A DNA stretch of 63,772 bases, filler included, from Aduncisulcus paluster (lineage: Eukaryota), in assembly GCA_024181965.1 (NCBI GenBank). It is 11 parts of 11 records of this genome, joined end to end, with 100 filler letters (N's around TTAATTAATTAA, not from the genome) between each part and the next. Parts side by side here need not be neighbours in the genome. Positions count along the whole stretch, not along the records: positions 1 to 11,610 come from BQXS01000050.1; positions 11,711 to 22,757 come from BQXS01000053.1; 9 more parts are not named here. One strand, given 5' to 3'. The stretch's first letter is position 1. Each line of letters opens with the position of its first letter. Shown piece after piece: positions 1 to 11,712 of the stretch. The position numbers and the translations under genes are program-made. The notes beneath the pieces are model-generated. The model was not told the DNA's origin. It searched no databases and was given only the letters and a program-made list of their open reading frames with translations.

Positions 1-1
1 T

Positions 2-982
2 GAAGAAGAAAGGAATAGTCACAATAGACGCAGTAAGAGTAGAAGCAAGAGCAGAAGCAAGAGCAGAAGCAAGAGCAGAAGCAAGAGCAGAGATAAGAGG
101 GGAGAGAAAGGGAGAGATAAGAGTCACGATAGAGTGAAGCATGAGTCTAAACGTGAAGATAGGTCTTCCAGCAAGAGATTGTCAAAAAGAAGGGCCTCTT
201 CTTCTCATCATAAGGAACCAGAAGGACATACCATCAGCATAGGTGTGAAGCGTCGTCACTCTAGTACTGCCACTGTTGGAAGTGATAGACACAGAAACCC
301 ATATGCAAGAGACTCCCACGGTGTGAATAACTTGGGCGATACAGCCTCTTTGGCTCCCCTCACTGAGGTTCAGGAGAAATCAGGTGTTGTTGATGTTTGT
401 TCCTTTGATAAGAGTGACATGTCATACCATCCTGGACAATCTATTGGCACAAAAAGGCGTGCAATGGCCATGGGTTCTGAGGTTCCTTCCTCTTCTGCCT
501 TTGTCAATAACGAGTATCCGAGATCGATTGGACACACTCAACCTATGATGCCTGCTCTGACCCCAAGCCAGGGACAACCAGGAGGTATTGTACCCATTGT
601 TCCACAGCATCCAGTGGTTTCATCCTCTTCCACTTCAGCCTTGGCACACGATTCCACCCTTTATGGCACCATGGGGGTTGGAATGTCCCCACATCCAAGT
701 GCTCCTCATTTCTTACCACACCCACAACAACTCACTGGCGGGGATTCCACTGCCTTGCCCTTTGCGGCAGCTTCCCACTTGGGTCCAATGCCTTATCAAT
801 TCCAATATCCGTCTCCTTATTCGCCATACCAACAACAAGGATCAATGCTCGGGGGTAATCCATTCGTCGCAGAACATGCTCACCTTTCTGCATTTTTATA
901 TAGATTTGCAGCACTTGGAAGAGTTCAAGAAGCCAAAGAATACGTATATCGTATGCTTAGTGAGAAGATGAGAAAAGAGTGA
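2..982 (+). CDS. 3' part of an RS/low-complexity protein (5' end outside window)
   Basis: Frame open from position 2 (EEERNSHNRRSKSRSKSRSK...) into the 134..982 ORF; RS-rich then Pro/Gln-rich; TGA at 980-982. Confidence 0.7.
   Translation, partial: EEERNSHNRRSKSRSKSRSKSRSKSRSKSRDKRGEKGRDKSHDRVKHESKREDRSSSKRLSKRRASSSHHKEPEGHTISIGVKRRHSSTATVGSDRHRNPYARDSHGVNNLGDTASLAPLTEVQEKSGVVDVCSFDKSDMSYHPGQSIGTKRRAMAMGSEVPSSSAFVNNEYPRSIGHTQPMMPALTPSQGQPGGIVPIVPQHPVVSSSSTSALAHDSTLYGTMGVGMSPHPSAPHFLPHPQQLTGGDSTALPFAAASHLGPMPYQFQYPSPYSPYQQQGSMLGGNPFVAEHAHLSAFLYRFAALGRVQEAKEYVYRMLSEKMRKE
41..91 (+). repeat. Coding 12-bp tandem repeat AGAAGCAAGAGC x4 (RSKS)
   Basis: Four perfect units at 41-88 plus AGA. Confidence 0.9.
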
Positions 983-1170
983 TCTTCCTCAAATTTTTAA
1001 TGAAAACCAAACATTAAAATAAAAAATGTTTTATTTTATATCTCTTATATTTATATTTTCAGCCAAAATTAGTCTTAATTCAATGGATGACCATTATTTT
1101 TAAAAACTATATTTTCTGCTCATTAACAAAATTTTATAAAGTAATATCTTTGATATTATTATTTTAGTGA

Positions 1171-3062
1171 ATGTTTTATATGCGAATTAAAGGTTATATT
1201 CAATTATTATTTGTATTTGTTCTTTCTTTAATATTTTCTTCATTTTGTGACTCTATCCATGATTATTATAAACCTACATTTCATATTTATCAACAATCTG
1301 GCGGATGGTTAAATGATCCGACCGGATTAATGTATGAAAATGGTTATCATCATTTGTTTTATCAAGTCAATCCTTCTGGGGCCTGTATATGGGAAAACAG
1401 TATTTCATGGGCTCATATTACGACACAAGATTTTATTTCGTACTTAATTCATCCAAATGCTCTTGAGCCAACTTCAGGTTGGATGGATTCTCATGGTGAC
1501 TGGTCTGGTGGCACTTTCTATGATTCTGACAGAAAACCGTGGTTACCATTTACTTGTGTTGGCGATGATGATATTCAACGTCAATGCCTTGCAGAAGCAG
1601 TCGATGATTCATACATTTCATGGGATAAACTACTTGCTGAAAATCCTGTTCTTGTACCCCCTGACGATTCTCTTGATTCCTTGTATCGAGACCCAGGAAC
1701 CGTATATCTTCTCTCCTATACTGATCTTCCAGATGACGATTCTCCAACTGAACATATGATATTGGGTAGTGGAGATGGAATTAATGGGACGATTCGTCTG
1801 GTTGACACTTCTGATATGTATCAGTGGAAAGATATCGGAGTTCTTCTTGATGGTACAATGTTTTCTGGCTACGACGAGGAGTTAGGATTCAATTGGGAGT
1901 GTCCCGATTTATTTGCCTTCGATTACACTGTTGACACTCCACTTTTCTATGCTCTATTTGGTATTGACAAAATATACACGATGTATTATGCAACGGGATC
2001 AATAGAACTAACTGGAGATGATGCCAATCCGTATACATTCAATCAACAGTTCCTATCAAGACTCGACTATGGGTCACCATACGCATCTAGAACATATCAG
2101 CACACAGACACAGATGCTGAAGGAATAGTAACCAATAGTAGAAGACTCATGTGGACATGGATTAAAGAGGAAAGAGACAACGAGGACATTGACATGGCTG
2201 ACCCTTGCTTCGCTGGAGTCATGGGATTCCCTCGGGAAGTGTTTCCATGTGATATCAACACAGCCGATGATCTTGGACTCACTAATGGAACAGTTGTTGG
2301 ACTCTGTTCATACCCAATAGATGAGATGAANNNNNNNNNNNNNNNNNNNNAGGAATAGTAACCAATAGTAGAAGACTCATGTGGACATGGATTAAAGAGG
2401 AAAGAGACAACGAGGACATTGACATGGCTGACCCTTGCTTCGCTGGAGTCATGGGATTCCCTCGGGAAGTGTTTCCATGTGATATCAACACAGCCGATGA
2501 TCTTGGACTCACTAATGGAACAGTTGTTGGACTCTGTTCATACCCAATAGATGAGATGAATATGTTACGACTTGGTGATCCGGCTACTGCCGAAATATCT
2601 CCGGCTACTGTCGATGAGTTAGCCACTGTCGAATTTGACGCTGATCAAACCAACAATGGGGCATGCGACATTGTTGTTACAACTTCAACTCCAATCGATC
2701 AGTGTACAACTAGTGTTATCCTTGGATTCCTCTCTGGTAATCGTGTTGTTGTCAAAATTATACCCTCAGATGAATCATATTCTGGCGTATCTAAGCTTAT
2801 TGTCGATAAACGGTACTCATCATCAAGTAATTTGATTCAGAAACAAAATGTTTATGCTGACATACCTCCTTCTCCTTTCTCCACAGATGAATTGAGAATT
2901 GTGTGGGATCATAGTGTTGTCGAACTATATCTTGCTGGTGGTGTTGTCACTGTGAGCACTCGATTCTATCCAGATACTAATATGTTATCATACGTCGAGG
3001 TTTCTAGTGATTGTGAATGCTCTGTAAATGTTTGGAAAATGGATAATATTATACTCGAATGA
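1171..3062 (+). CDS. Secreted glycoside hydrolase family 32 (beta-fructofuranosidase/invertase-like)
   Basis: Signal-like N-terminus; GH32 motifs WLNDPTG, WAH, WSG, RDP, WECPD; C-terminal LRIVWDHSVVELY. ORFs 1171..2358 and 2379..3062 are one gene split by the gap duplication. Confidence 0.9.
2121..2560. repeat. Gap-flanking duplication (2121-2330 = 2351-2560), assembly artefact
   Basis: Same sequence on both sides of the 20-N gap at 2331-2350. Confidence 0.9.
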
Positions 3063-3317
3063 GTAAGTTTGATTTCTATTATCAGCTAAAAAGAAAAATA
3101 TAACAAATTAAGGGGGAAAAGTCGAGACAAGTTGGTTTAAATTCTCTTCCTTTTTTCTTCATATTTGAATAAAATTGATGAAGTAATAATGTTATCAATC
3201 AAAATTAAACTCTATTTTGAATTGTTTTCAGTTGATATAAATCTGAAAATAAATCTATTAGAGACTTTGTCATTTCATTTTCATTTTTTCTGCGATAGAC
3301 TTCATAAAATTACTAAT

Positions 3318-3651
3318 ATGGACCCTGAGATTAAGCATTCAATTGGGTTTTCTGATGAACGATTCGAAGAGTTCAAAAAAGAAGGTATGATAACTCTATG
3401 ACAAGATTCAGGATTTTATATCCAATTTTCAACATATTCAACTTATTTTTGCCGAATTTATTTGTTTGTTTTCTTTTTTACATTATTTGGGTGTATTAGA
3501 TTGGACTCCAGACACGATGAATGATGAAATTGAAAGACATTGGGAACAGAAATGGGATGACCTCCAAGCTGATGATTCAATTATAAAACATATAAGAGAT
3601 CAGTTAAAAGATTCAGGAAAGCTTGAGGAAGAACCTGGAAAGCCGGAGTAG
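3318..3651 (+). CDS. SEM1: DSS1/Sem1 proteasome/TREX-2 subunit, two exons (3318-3384, 3500-3651)
   Basis: Splicing GTATGA(3385)...TTAG(3499) gives MDPEIKHSIGFSDERFEEFKKEDWTPDTMNDEIERHWEQKWDDLQADDSIIKHIRDQLK, matching the Sem1 FEEFxxEDW...WExxWDD...LRxEL pattern. Confidence 0.85.
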
Positions 3652-4174
3652 TTGAATCAAATTATCATCAATGATGACGACTTTTTGATTATCAATCTAT
3701 GATTGATATAACCATAATCTAAAACCATTTTTATAATCAATATTTTAATTATTTATTCGATCGCATTGAATAAACACTCATACAAGTAGGATTGCTGGCA
3801 TACGATAATTTGATTGTTTCTGCAAATTAGAACAAAAATAATTTTCAAGATTGAAAAAAATATATACACAATGACTTAGAAAATCACAAATTAGAGTTTT
3901 TATGGTGAATTTGTCTCAAGATAACTCCCGGTTTTTTTTCAATTCCAAAATGGTCATGCTTTGTGTAGTCCACAAGATTCAACCACTGTGTGATCAGCCA
4001 AAATCATCAGTATCACTGATAATTAAACTCTGATTCATTTTCTTTGTTTTGTGTGAATCAATATCATGTATAGGATTTCTAAATTAGTCATCCTCCATTC
4101 GTCAACAATTTATCTGTCCCTTTTCGTTGCAAGGAAGCAAATTCATACTCTTACAGGGTAATATTTAATATCAT

Positions 4175-5614
4175 ATGCCAAAATTAACAATTGAAACCAT
4201 CAACCCTAAGGTTGTTGAAGCTAAATATGCTGTCAGAGGTGCCGTGCCCATCAGAGCCGGTGAAATTAAAAAGGATATGCAAATCCACCCCGAAAAATAT
4301 CCTTTCGATTCCCTCATTATGTCAAACATTGGAAACCCCCATGCTCTTATGCAAAAGCCTCTCTCTTTCCACCGTGAAGTTCTTTCTCTTGTATCCTCTC
4401 CCTTCCTTCTTGAAAAGGAGGAGATTCTCAAGGGTCACTTCTCCCCCGAGTCTATTAAACGCGCAAAGGATTTCATGGCTTCCATTCCCGTCGGAACTGG
4501 TGCCTACACCAACAGCAAAGGTTTTGAATTCGTTCGTAAGCATGTTGCCGAATATATCGAAGAGAGAGATGGATTCCCTGCCAACCCTGAAAACATTTAC
4601 CTTACTGATGGAGCTTCCGCCGGTGTTAAAAACATCCTTCAACTCATTGCCTCTCCCGGTGATGGAGTTATGATTCCCATCCCCCAATATCCCCTTTACA
4701 GTGCTACTCTTTCTCTCCTCGGAGCCAAGCAGATCGACTACTTCCTTGACGAGGACGATTGCTGGGGAATCAAGAAAGAAGAACTTCTTAGAAGTTACGC
4801 TGCCGCTGACACCACCATCCGTGCCTTGTGTGTCATCAACCCTGGAAACCCAGTTGGTGCTGTACTCGTCAAGAAAGATATTGAGGACATTATTTCTTTC
4901 TGTCACGAGAAAGGAATTCTCCTCATGGCTGATGAGGTTTACCAGATCAACTGTTACAAAGAAGAAAAACCTTTCATCTCCTTCAAGAAAACTCTATGTG
5001 AAATGGAGAGAGATGGACGTATTCCCAAAGGTGAGGTTGAGCTTGTCTCCTTCCACTCTGTCTCCAAGGGTATCATTGGAGAATGTGGTCTCAGAGGAGG
5101 TTACATGGAGGTTGTGAACATTGACGAAGAAGTCCTCGCTCAAGTCTACAAGATGGCCTCTGTTTCTCTGTGTCCCAATACAACTGGTCAGCTCGTTGTT
5201 GATCTTATGATCCACCCCCCAACTGAGCCTGAGACTCGCGCTATCTACGACAAGGAAGTCTCCGAGTTATTCATGTCTCTCAAGCGTCGTGCCAAGAAAG
5301 TCGGTGAATCCCTCACTGGAGTCGAGGGAATCCACCTGAACCCTGTCGAGGGAGCCATGTACGCTTTCCCCCGTATTGACATCCCTGAGAAAGCTGTTGC
5401 TGAGGCCAAGAAGAGAGGCGTTGCTCCCGATGTCATGTACTGTCTCGATATGCTCGAGGAAGTTGGTGTCTGCACCGTTCCTGGAAGTGGTTTCGGTCAG
5501 AGACCTGGAACTTTCCACGTTAGATTCTCCTTCTTACCTCTCGAAGAGGTCTTTGATTCATTTATGGATCGTGTTATTGGATTCCACAAGAAGTTCCTTG
5601 CTAAATGGAAGTAA
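4175..5614 (+). CDS. Alanine aminotransferase (PLP-dependent, class I/II)
   Basis: YAVRG, NIGNP, GAYTNSKG, PIPQYPLYSA, VINPGNPVG, ADEVYQ, FHSVSKG...GECGLRGGY, VPGSGFGQ motifs. Confidence 0.95.
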   Translation: MPKLTIETINPKVVEAKYAVRGAVPIRAGEIKKDMQIHPEKYPFDSLIMSNIGNPHALMQKPLSFHREVLSLVSSPFLLEKEEILKGHFSPESIKRAKDFMASIPVGTGAYTNSKGFEFVRKHVAEYIEERDGFPANPENIYLTDGASAGVKNILQLIASPGDGVMIPIPQYPLYSATLSLLGAKQIDYFLDEDDCWGIKKEELLRSYAAADTTIRALCVINPGNPVGAVLVKKDIEDIISFCHEKGILLMADEVYQINCYKEEKPFISFKKTLCEMERDGRIPKGEVELVSFHSVSKGIIGECGLRGGYMEVVNIDEEVLAQVYKMASVSLCPNTTGQLVVDLMIHPPTEPETRAIYDKEVSELFMSLKRRAKKVGESLTGVEGIHLNPVEGAMYAFPRIDIPEKAVAEAKKRGVAPDVMYCLDMLEEVGVCTVPGSGFGQRPGTFHVRFSFLPLEEVFDSFMDRVIGFHKKFLAKWK

Positions 5615-6083
5615 TTCTTTGAATTTTGATCGCGATTTGTAAATACTTTTGTTCGATTTTATTAGTTTTTTGATTTCACAAACACAATATTTGTTGCCCT
5701 TTCTTTCATTTACCAATATTTCCCCAATTTGAACTCAAAATTTCTCATTTACTCAGTGAATTCACCCTCTGAAATAAAGAATTTGTGCCTTAAAGGACTA
5801 TGTTTGACCTACAGTTTTGAACTCACACATCAATTTCGTCCACCAGAGATTCGAAAAATAACAACTAATAAATTTATTTTTTACCCATTAAATTGGGCTG
5901 AGAAAAATTCAATTAATTAATTTTTAAGAAGAAATATCACATATGGAATTATTTTGAATCTTCAAAATCATTTTAGAGGGATCATCGAGTGACTCGAATT
6001 CAATGGAACATTTTCGACACATACAACTCAATAATTTCAATCCAAACATTTAAAAAATATACATATACAACAATAATTTTCAT

Positions 6084-8674
6084 ATGATCTTAAAATCTAT
6101 TGATATTCCAGGTATTGAGATATCTTCACGAGTCTCTCCCTCAACCACTGTTCAACCTGGCGTGACGATTCGTGCAACATTTGAACTTATTTTTTCAAAG
6201 ACATTTCATATTAAATCAATATTTGCTCTGTTCAAGGGAATAGAAAGAGTCAATGTAAAAGGCCGTGTCAAAACCGAAAAAGAAGGTGAAGCCCTTGCTA
6301 GAATTGCAGGAAAAGAGCCAAAAATGACTAAAGCAGCTGATATATATGAGGAAATATCCCCTTCTATGACTGGTAGGTCGAAGAAAAGAGTCTTAACTTT
6401 AATACGTCAGGATTTATTGCCATCACTCCTTCGACGAGGTAAACATTCGAAAGATCCACCTAAAGAACTTATTATTAAAGCTGGTTCCAAGAAAACTCTA
6501 ACTATTTCCTTTGTAGTGCCCCATAAGCTCCCTCCAACTGCTTCATATGGAGATATAGCCGTCATTGAATATGCTTTAAAGCTTAAAATAGTTGCCCACT
6601 TGATTGATGACTCCTCTGATGAGGTTGTCGAATATTCTAGTCCCGTCGTTCCCCCACCTTCGTCAAAATTCAAATCTTCCTACACTCTCTTTCATCTTCA
6701 AGGAGGAGATGACATAGGTCGTTATATCGTTCCTATTACTATGTTATCTTCATCATATTTAACGGGATCCTTCCCTCGCATCGCCGAAAGCGGGCTTTAT
6801 GTTGCCAAAGAGTTTAAAACCCTCCTTGGTAGCAAGCATATTGGTGAAATCGTTATGACCACTGGCCTCCCGAATCGTATATTCCATCCTCTCTCGCGTA
6901 TTCCAATTAGATATGATATTACTAACACATCAGGCCGTCAGCTTGGCAAGATCACGGTCAAACTCAAACAGCGAGTATCCATGTGGACATCGCCTGTCCA
7001 TCGGTGGCAGGAAGTTACAAATATATCTAAAACAGTCGATGAGACATTAGCTGGGAAGTTTGAATGCAGCGGCACAATCGTTCTCGATATTCCGCCATTG
7101 TTCGAATCATATGATGCTGTTATAGTCTCAAATAGTTCAAAAACACAACTTCAAGAATTTAACAAAAGGAGAAAAGCCCGTGAATTGAGAAAGAATATGA
7201 TATGCCAATTTGCAGAACAAATGAAAAGGGTGATGGTTCAAGTCGAGCAGGGCAAGCTTCTCTTGGACACAACTGAAGGAGCTGATGTTGAGTCCAGTGG
7301 TNNNNNNNNNNNNNNNNNNNNGTTATAGTCTCAAATAGTTCAAAAACACAACTTCAAGAATTTAACAAAAGGAGAAAAGCCCGTGAATTGAGAAAGAATA
7401 TGATATGCCAATTTGCAGAACAAATGAAAAGGGTGATGGTTCAAGTCGAGCAGGGCAAGCTTCTCTTGGACACAACTGAAGGAGCTGATGTTGAGTCCAG
7501 TGGTCTCTCTGATATTGAAGAGGAACGATCTCTTGCTGGTGATAGCGATGCTGGTCTCAGTAGTGATCTTTCAAGCAAAATCAAGTCTGTCCAAGCCTTC
7601 GATGAGCTCATATGTGAAGATGATGATGACATTCAGGAATGTTCCGTTCCAACTCTTGCTTTTGCCGAAGAAATACAACCTTCTCAACCTTCACAGGTCT
7701 CTAAAGAAGACATTATAATCAAACAGTCCTCTGATGATCATCCAGTAGAAGTGATTAAGGAAGGAATCCTCAAAGAAAAGGATCCCCGTCAATCAGTGGA
7801 TGCTTCAACACTCAATCCAACAAAGACCAAACTATTCCCTCCTCTTCCCGATTTAGATCGAGGTGAGAAAGAAGATGAGCAAGAACCAGAAGGCAAAGAA
7901 GATAAAGATAAAGATATTATTGATGAAGAGAGTTCCGTCCAATCCTCGTTGTCGTTGACTTCTATCTCAACAATTCCGATATATGGTAAGTCTGCCGGGC
8001 ATGTTGAATCCTTTAAGACATTCATGCGTGGGAGGACTGGTTCATGTGAAGACAATCTGTGGAGTCTTGCCGAGCTCGGGGCATCATCACCGCCCACATC
8101 GACTTCTAGCTTCCGATTGAAAGGAAGAGGGCGTTCTCGTGGCTCCAGCATGCGATTGATGTGTGTTCCAAAGCAAGACTATGTCGATGAAGATGAGCTT
8201 GAGTCAGATGACAATGACATTACGAAACTCATTATCAAGAAGCTCTCCCTTGCACCCTCACTGGATGACACTCATGTTCTCTCGATGCTTGCAGATGCCA
8301 AGAGGGATGGAAAGGACGTATCAATGTCCGCTGTTACTCTGTGGCAGCAGAATTTGTGCCAACTGATGAAAGATGAGCCTGATCCATTTGCTCCTTCGAT
8401 AGCTGTGAAGAAAAAAGGGGATTTCTCAGGACTCAGTGTCTCGCTACCCTCACTGGAGATTGTCGGGGACTTTTATGGCGTACCCACACTTGAATATGAT
8501 CCTCTTTCTGACAGAACAACAGTCACAAAACAGAGCTGTTACAGTAAGGGAGCAGTAAGTGCGTGGTATCTTGTCGATCATGAAGTTCGTGTTTATTTAA
8601 CGATTAAGGGTGGTTTCCAGAAGTGTCTTCAGGTCGGTTTGCCCGTTCTTGTGACGCTTCGAAAGACTCCATGA
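6084..8674 (+). CDS. Arrestin-fold (alpha-arrestin-like) protein with a large acidic insertion
   Basis: Arrestin-N-like FVVPHKLPPT...IEYALKL; arrestin-C-like IPIRYDITNTSGRQLGKITVKLKQ and terminal VDHEVRVYL...GLPVLV; split by the gap duplication at 7302-7321. Confidence 0.7.
7119..7504. repeat. Gap-flanking duplication (7119-7301 = 7322-7504), assembly artefact
   Basis: Same sequence on both sides of a 20-N gap. Confidence 0.9.
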
Positions 8675-9638
8675 AATACTTTTCACATCATATTATACAT
8701 ATTTATAATTGTTCCACTTTTATTTTAATTTATACTTAATATTCCGTCTTCTCTCCCCAACTTTTCTTTCCTTCAACTCACTTTCTATTTTTATCTGATA
8801 TTTTTTTTCTCAGAATATCTATTTTCATCGTTCTGATATATATATTGTCGATGTTTACGACGAAACTGGAATAGGTATCCTTATTCTTAAGTTATTCCTT
8901 AGATTTTATATTTATATTTATCAACTCGCACCTTTTCAACGCTATATATACATATTTTTCTTTGTCGTCATTTGTAGAAATCATAATCAAAATAATGAAC
9001 TCTCTTGTCAGGGATGCTCCTTTAACACGAGAAATTCAACTCTTCAGTGAATATGGCTTCTGTAGACCTCATTATGTAGTAAAATCGAACATATAATTAA
9101 GATATAGTTCAGATTTTCACGAAATAAATGCTGATTATGGTTTTCTCGGTTCCCATGAAGTTATTCATGTAATAAAAATGCTAATTCGATCGAAAAAGTA
9201 TGTAAAACTCCGAATCTTTCCAATAGATACCGGAAAAAACATCTATACAAACCGACGAATTTGAAGCTCGTCATTTCATTGGTCAAGATGAATTTTAAGG
9301 GCTTTCTTTTACATCTCTAATCGTCAATTTAGAATAATGAGTTGAATTGGTTTTGGATTGTTGATATTCTCGTCTATTTTGCCTCCTGTAAATTATCCTC
9401 CAAAGTACTCACTTATCTCCTCTGTACCCTGTCAATAAGGTTCATCCAAAAACAAATGGCAAAAAAAAATATTTCTACTTATTATTGTTTTTCTTTTTAT
9501 TTTGTTTGTCTTCCCTCTAAGATTTTTTTTTCCACCTCGGGATTAATTGCTCATCGGAGTTCGGACAATTCCATTTTCTACTTTTCTCAGTGTATCATTT
9601 AACATCACTTATTTTTATACATATTTTTATAACAAAAC

Positions 9639-10508
9639 ATGACCCAGCTTGGAGAAATGTCAGACGCTAACTTCCCTAAAGATGAATTTGGGCATGTATA
9701 TCACCTTGGTATTGGTCCAGGTGATGTCGCAAATAGGATTATTATGGTTGGAGACACTCATCGTGCCAAACTTTTGGCAGATAGTATTGAAGGATATGAG
9801 ATATATTCCGACTACACTCCACCCCGTCTTTTTCGGATCATTACTGGAACATACAAAGGGATTAAGCTCTCTATTGTTGGTACTCTCATGGGAATTGCCA
9901 ATATGGACTTTTGTGTTCGTGAAATTCGTGCTGTGACGAAAGGTCCTCTTTATCTTATCCGTCTCGGCACTTGTGGAACTCCCAGTGATGAAGTTTCCTT
10001 GGGAGATGTTGTTCTCGCAGATAAATGCGTTGGAATCATCAGAAATCCCAATTTTTTCCATTCAACCGAAGAAGAAAAGGAAGGTATTGATCCTTACATT
10101 TTTACAAAACCTGTAGAAGCTTCCAAACCTCTATTTTCCGGTCTTAAATCTGAAGTTGAGCTGTGTCTGAAGTCATTTGAATCAATTTCCCATGTTGGTG
10201 TTGATGCTTCTGCTGATTCCTTCTATAGTTCTCAAGGTCGAATTGATAGTGCTTTTGATGATGAGAATGAGGCTGTTATTGGTGATCTCATGAAGAAATA
10301 TCCAGAAACTAAGTCCCTTGAAATGGAAAGCTTCACCTTGTTTGATTTGGCCACGTGTTGTCGAAAAAGTGAGATTCATGCTGCTTCTGTTGCTATTGTT
10401 ATCGCTCAACGGAAAAGTGGGGAGTTTTTGGAGACTTCAAAGAAAGTTCTTTTATCAAGAGTATTAGGCATAGCCATTGCTGATACTCTGGTCGGAATCG
10501 AGGCTTGA
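9639..10508 (+). CDS. Uridine phosphorylase / NP-I family nucleoside phosphorylase
   Basis: YHLG, GDTHRA, MGIAN, IRLGTCG, ADSFYSSQGR, LEMES motifs. Confidence 0.88.
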   Translation: MTQLGEMSDANFPKDEFGHVYHLGIGPGDVANRIIMVGDTHRAKLLADSIEGYEIYSDYTPPRLFRIITGTYKGIKLSIVGTLMGIANMDFCVREIRAVTKGPLYLIRLGTCGTPSDEVSLGDVVLADKCVGIIRNPNFFHSTEEEKEGIDPYIFTKPVEASKPLFSGLKSEVELCLKSFESISHVGVDASADSFYSSQGRIDSAFDDENEAVIGDLMKKYPETKSLEMESFTLFDLATCCRKSEIHAASVAIVIAQRKSGEFLETSKKVLLSRVLGIAIADTLVGIEA

Positions 10509-10959
10509 AACTTTTTATCTTTTGTTGCAATTCTCATAAAAAAAGAAAAAAAAAAACATGAATGACAGCTTATTTAAACAATTTTTACTGATTCTAATGT
10601 AATTTTTATCATTTTTCTTTGTTATTTTTTCACTTTACATTTTTGAAAACGGTGATCGTCATCTCGGGAATATCCAGGAATAATCCAGATATTTCAAACG
10701 TTTGTTTAGTATTGGCACGTTGCTTTAATTTTTAATTCCATAATAAATCCTTTCTTCTCATCGGTTTTTCTATGGATCAACAACTCCCAGCTACTGGGTT
10801 AGTTCAAAATAGATCAATGATATCCATGCAAAATTTAGAATATATTATATCAATTTGAGTTAATTTCTACAAAATAATGGTGACTATGACCTACAATCGT
10901 TCTTGTTCGAATGTTGCTCGATATGTTTTCTTGTTTGATTCCCATTCATATCCAAATAC

Positions 10960-11610
10960 ATGCTTGAATTTATTAGCTTTAGTTCTTTGTCCCTATCTTC
11001 TATGTATCCACTCAGTCTGGACGAGCTTTCAGCCAACAGTTCAACCGGATCACTAGGTAGTCTCATTGATTCCAATCAATCGTCATATTGGCAATCTAAT
11101 CTTAGTTGTCCCCACAAAATATTTATAAAATTTTCAAGGCCTATTTTTGTTAAGTCTTTCTACGTTCACACGTCAAATGGGGACGGAAATTACCAACCAG
11201 ATCGTCTTAAAATTACTTTTTCTGAAGAAGGTGGTGTGGAACATGCGACTACCCCAGATAGTACAGCAAGAAATGATGGGTGGTCTGTCATTCCCTGCCC
11301 ATCTCGGAGAAAGATAGAGAGAATTGAACTCTCTATCGAGTCAAACCATGATGGAGGATGTGATTGTCGAGTTCGTAATATCGCCGTTGAACAACTTAAG
11401 GGTGTGTTAGAAGAAGATAAAAAACAAATCCACTTGAAATCTCTCGCCAAAGACTTTCTCAAAATTATTCCTTCCGTCATTCTTGGAAAAGATGAAAAAG
11501 AGGAGAAACCACAGTTGATTGCTGAGGAAAAGGAAGGTATTCCTCCTGATTGTTCTGTAAAGTGTTCTTCAATCTCTCTCCCTGCTCACGAAATCATTCT
11601 CCGTTGCAGA
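10960..11610 (+). CDS. DOC/APC10-domain protein followed by a probable BTB start; truncated at contig end
   Basis: LIDSNQSSYWQSN..PHKIFIKF, NYQPDRLKI, GWSVIP, IELSIESNHDGGCDCRVRNI fit DOC; PPDCSVKC..SLPAHEIILRCR fits the BTB start. Confidence 0.7.
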
Positions 11611-11710
11611 NNNNNNNNNNNNNNNNNNNNNNNNNNNNNNNNNNNNNNNNNNNNTTAATTAATTAANNNNNNNNNNNNNNNNNNNNNNNNNNNNNNNNNN
11701 NNNNNNNNNN
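11611..11710. other. Artificial contig spacer 44N-TTAATTAATTAA-44N (also 22758-22857, 25547-25646, 35703-35802, 38339-38438, 41113-41212, 45475-45574, 47844-47943, 50275-50374, 62072-62171)
   Basis: Identical 100-nt construct ten times; core has stops in all six frames; genes are cut at both sides. Confidence 0.97.
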
Positions 11711-11712
11711 TG

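Noticed and set aside
4322-4906. Long antisense and off-frame ORFs over ALT, ABCC, kinase and LRR genes
   Set aside because: Explained by codon bias or low-complexity sequence of the real gene; no motifs of their own
10785-10795. TCCCAGCTACT resembling the 7SL/Alu motif
   Set aside because: Only an 11-nt match in AT-rich DNA; no other SRP RNA features visible
11655-11666. TTAATTAATTAA palindrome recurring ten times
   Set aside because: Always centred in 44N+44N; a six-frame stop linker added when concatenating contigs
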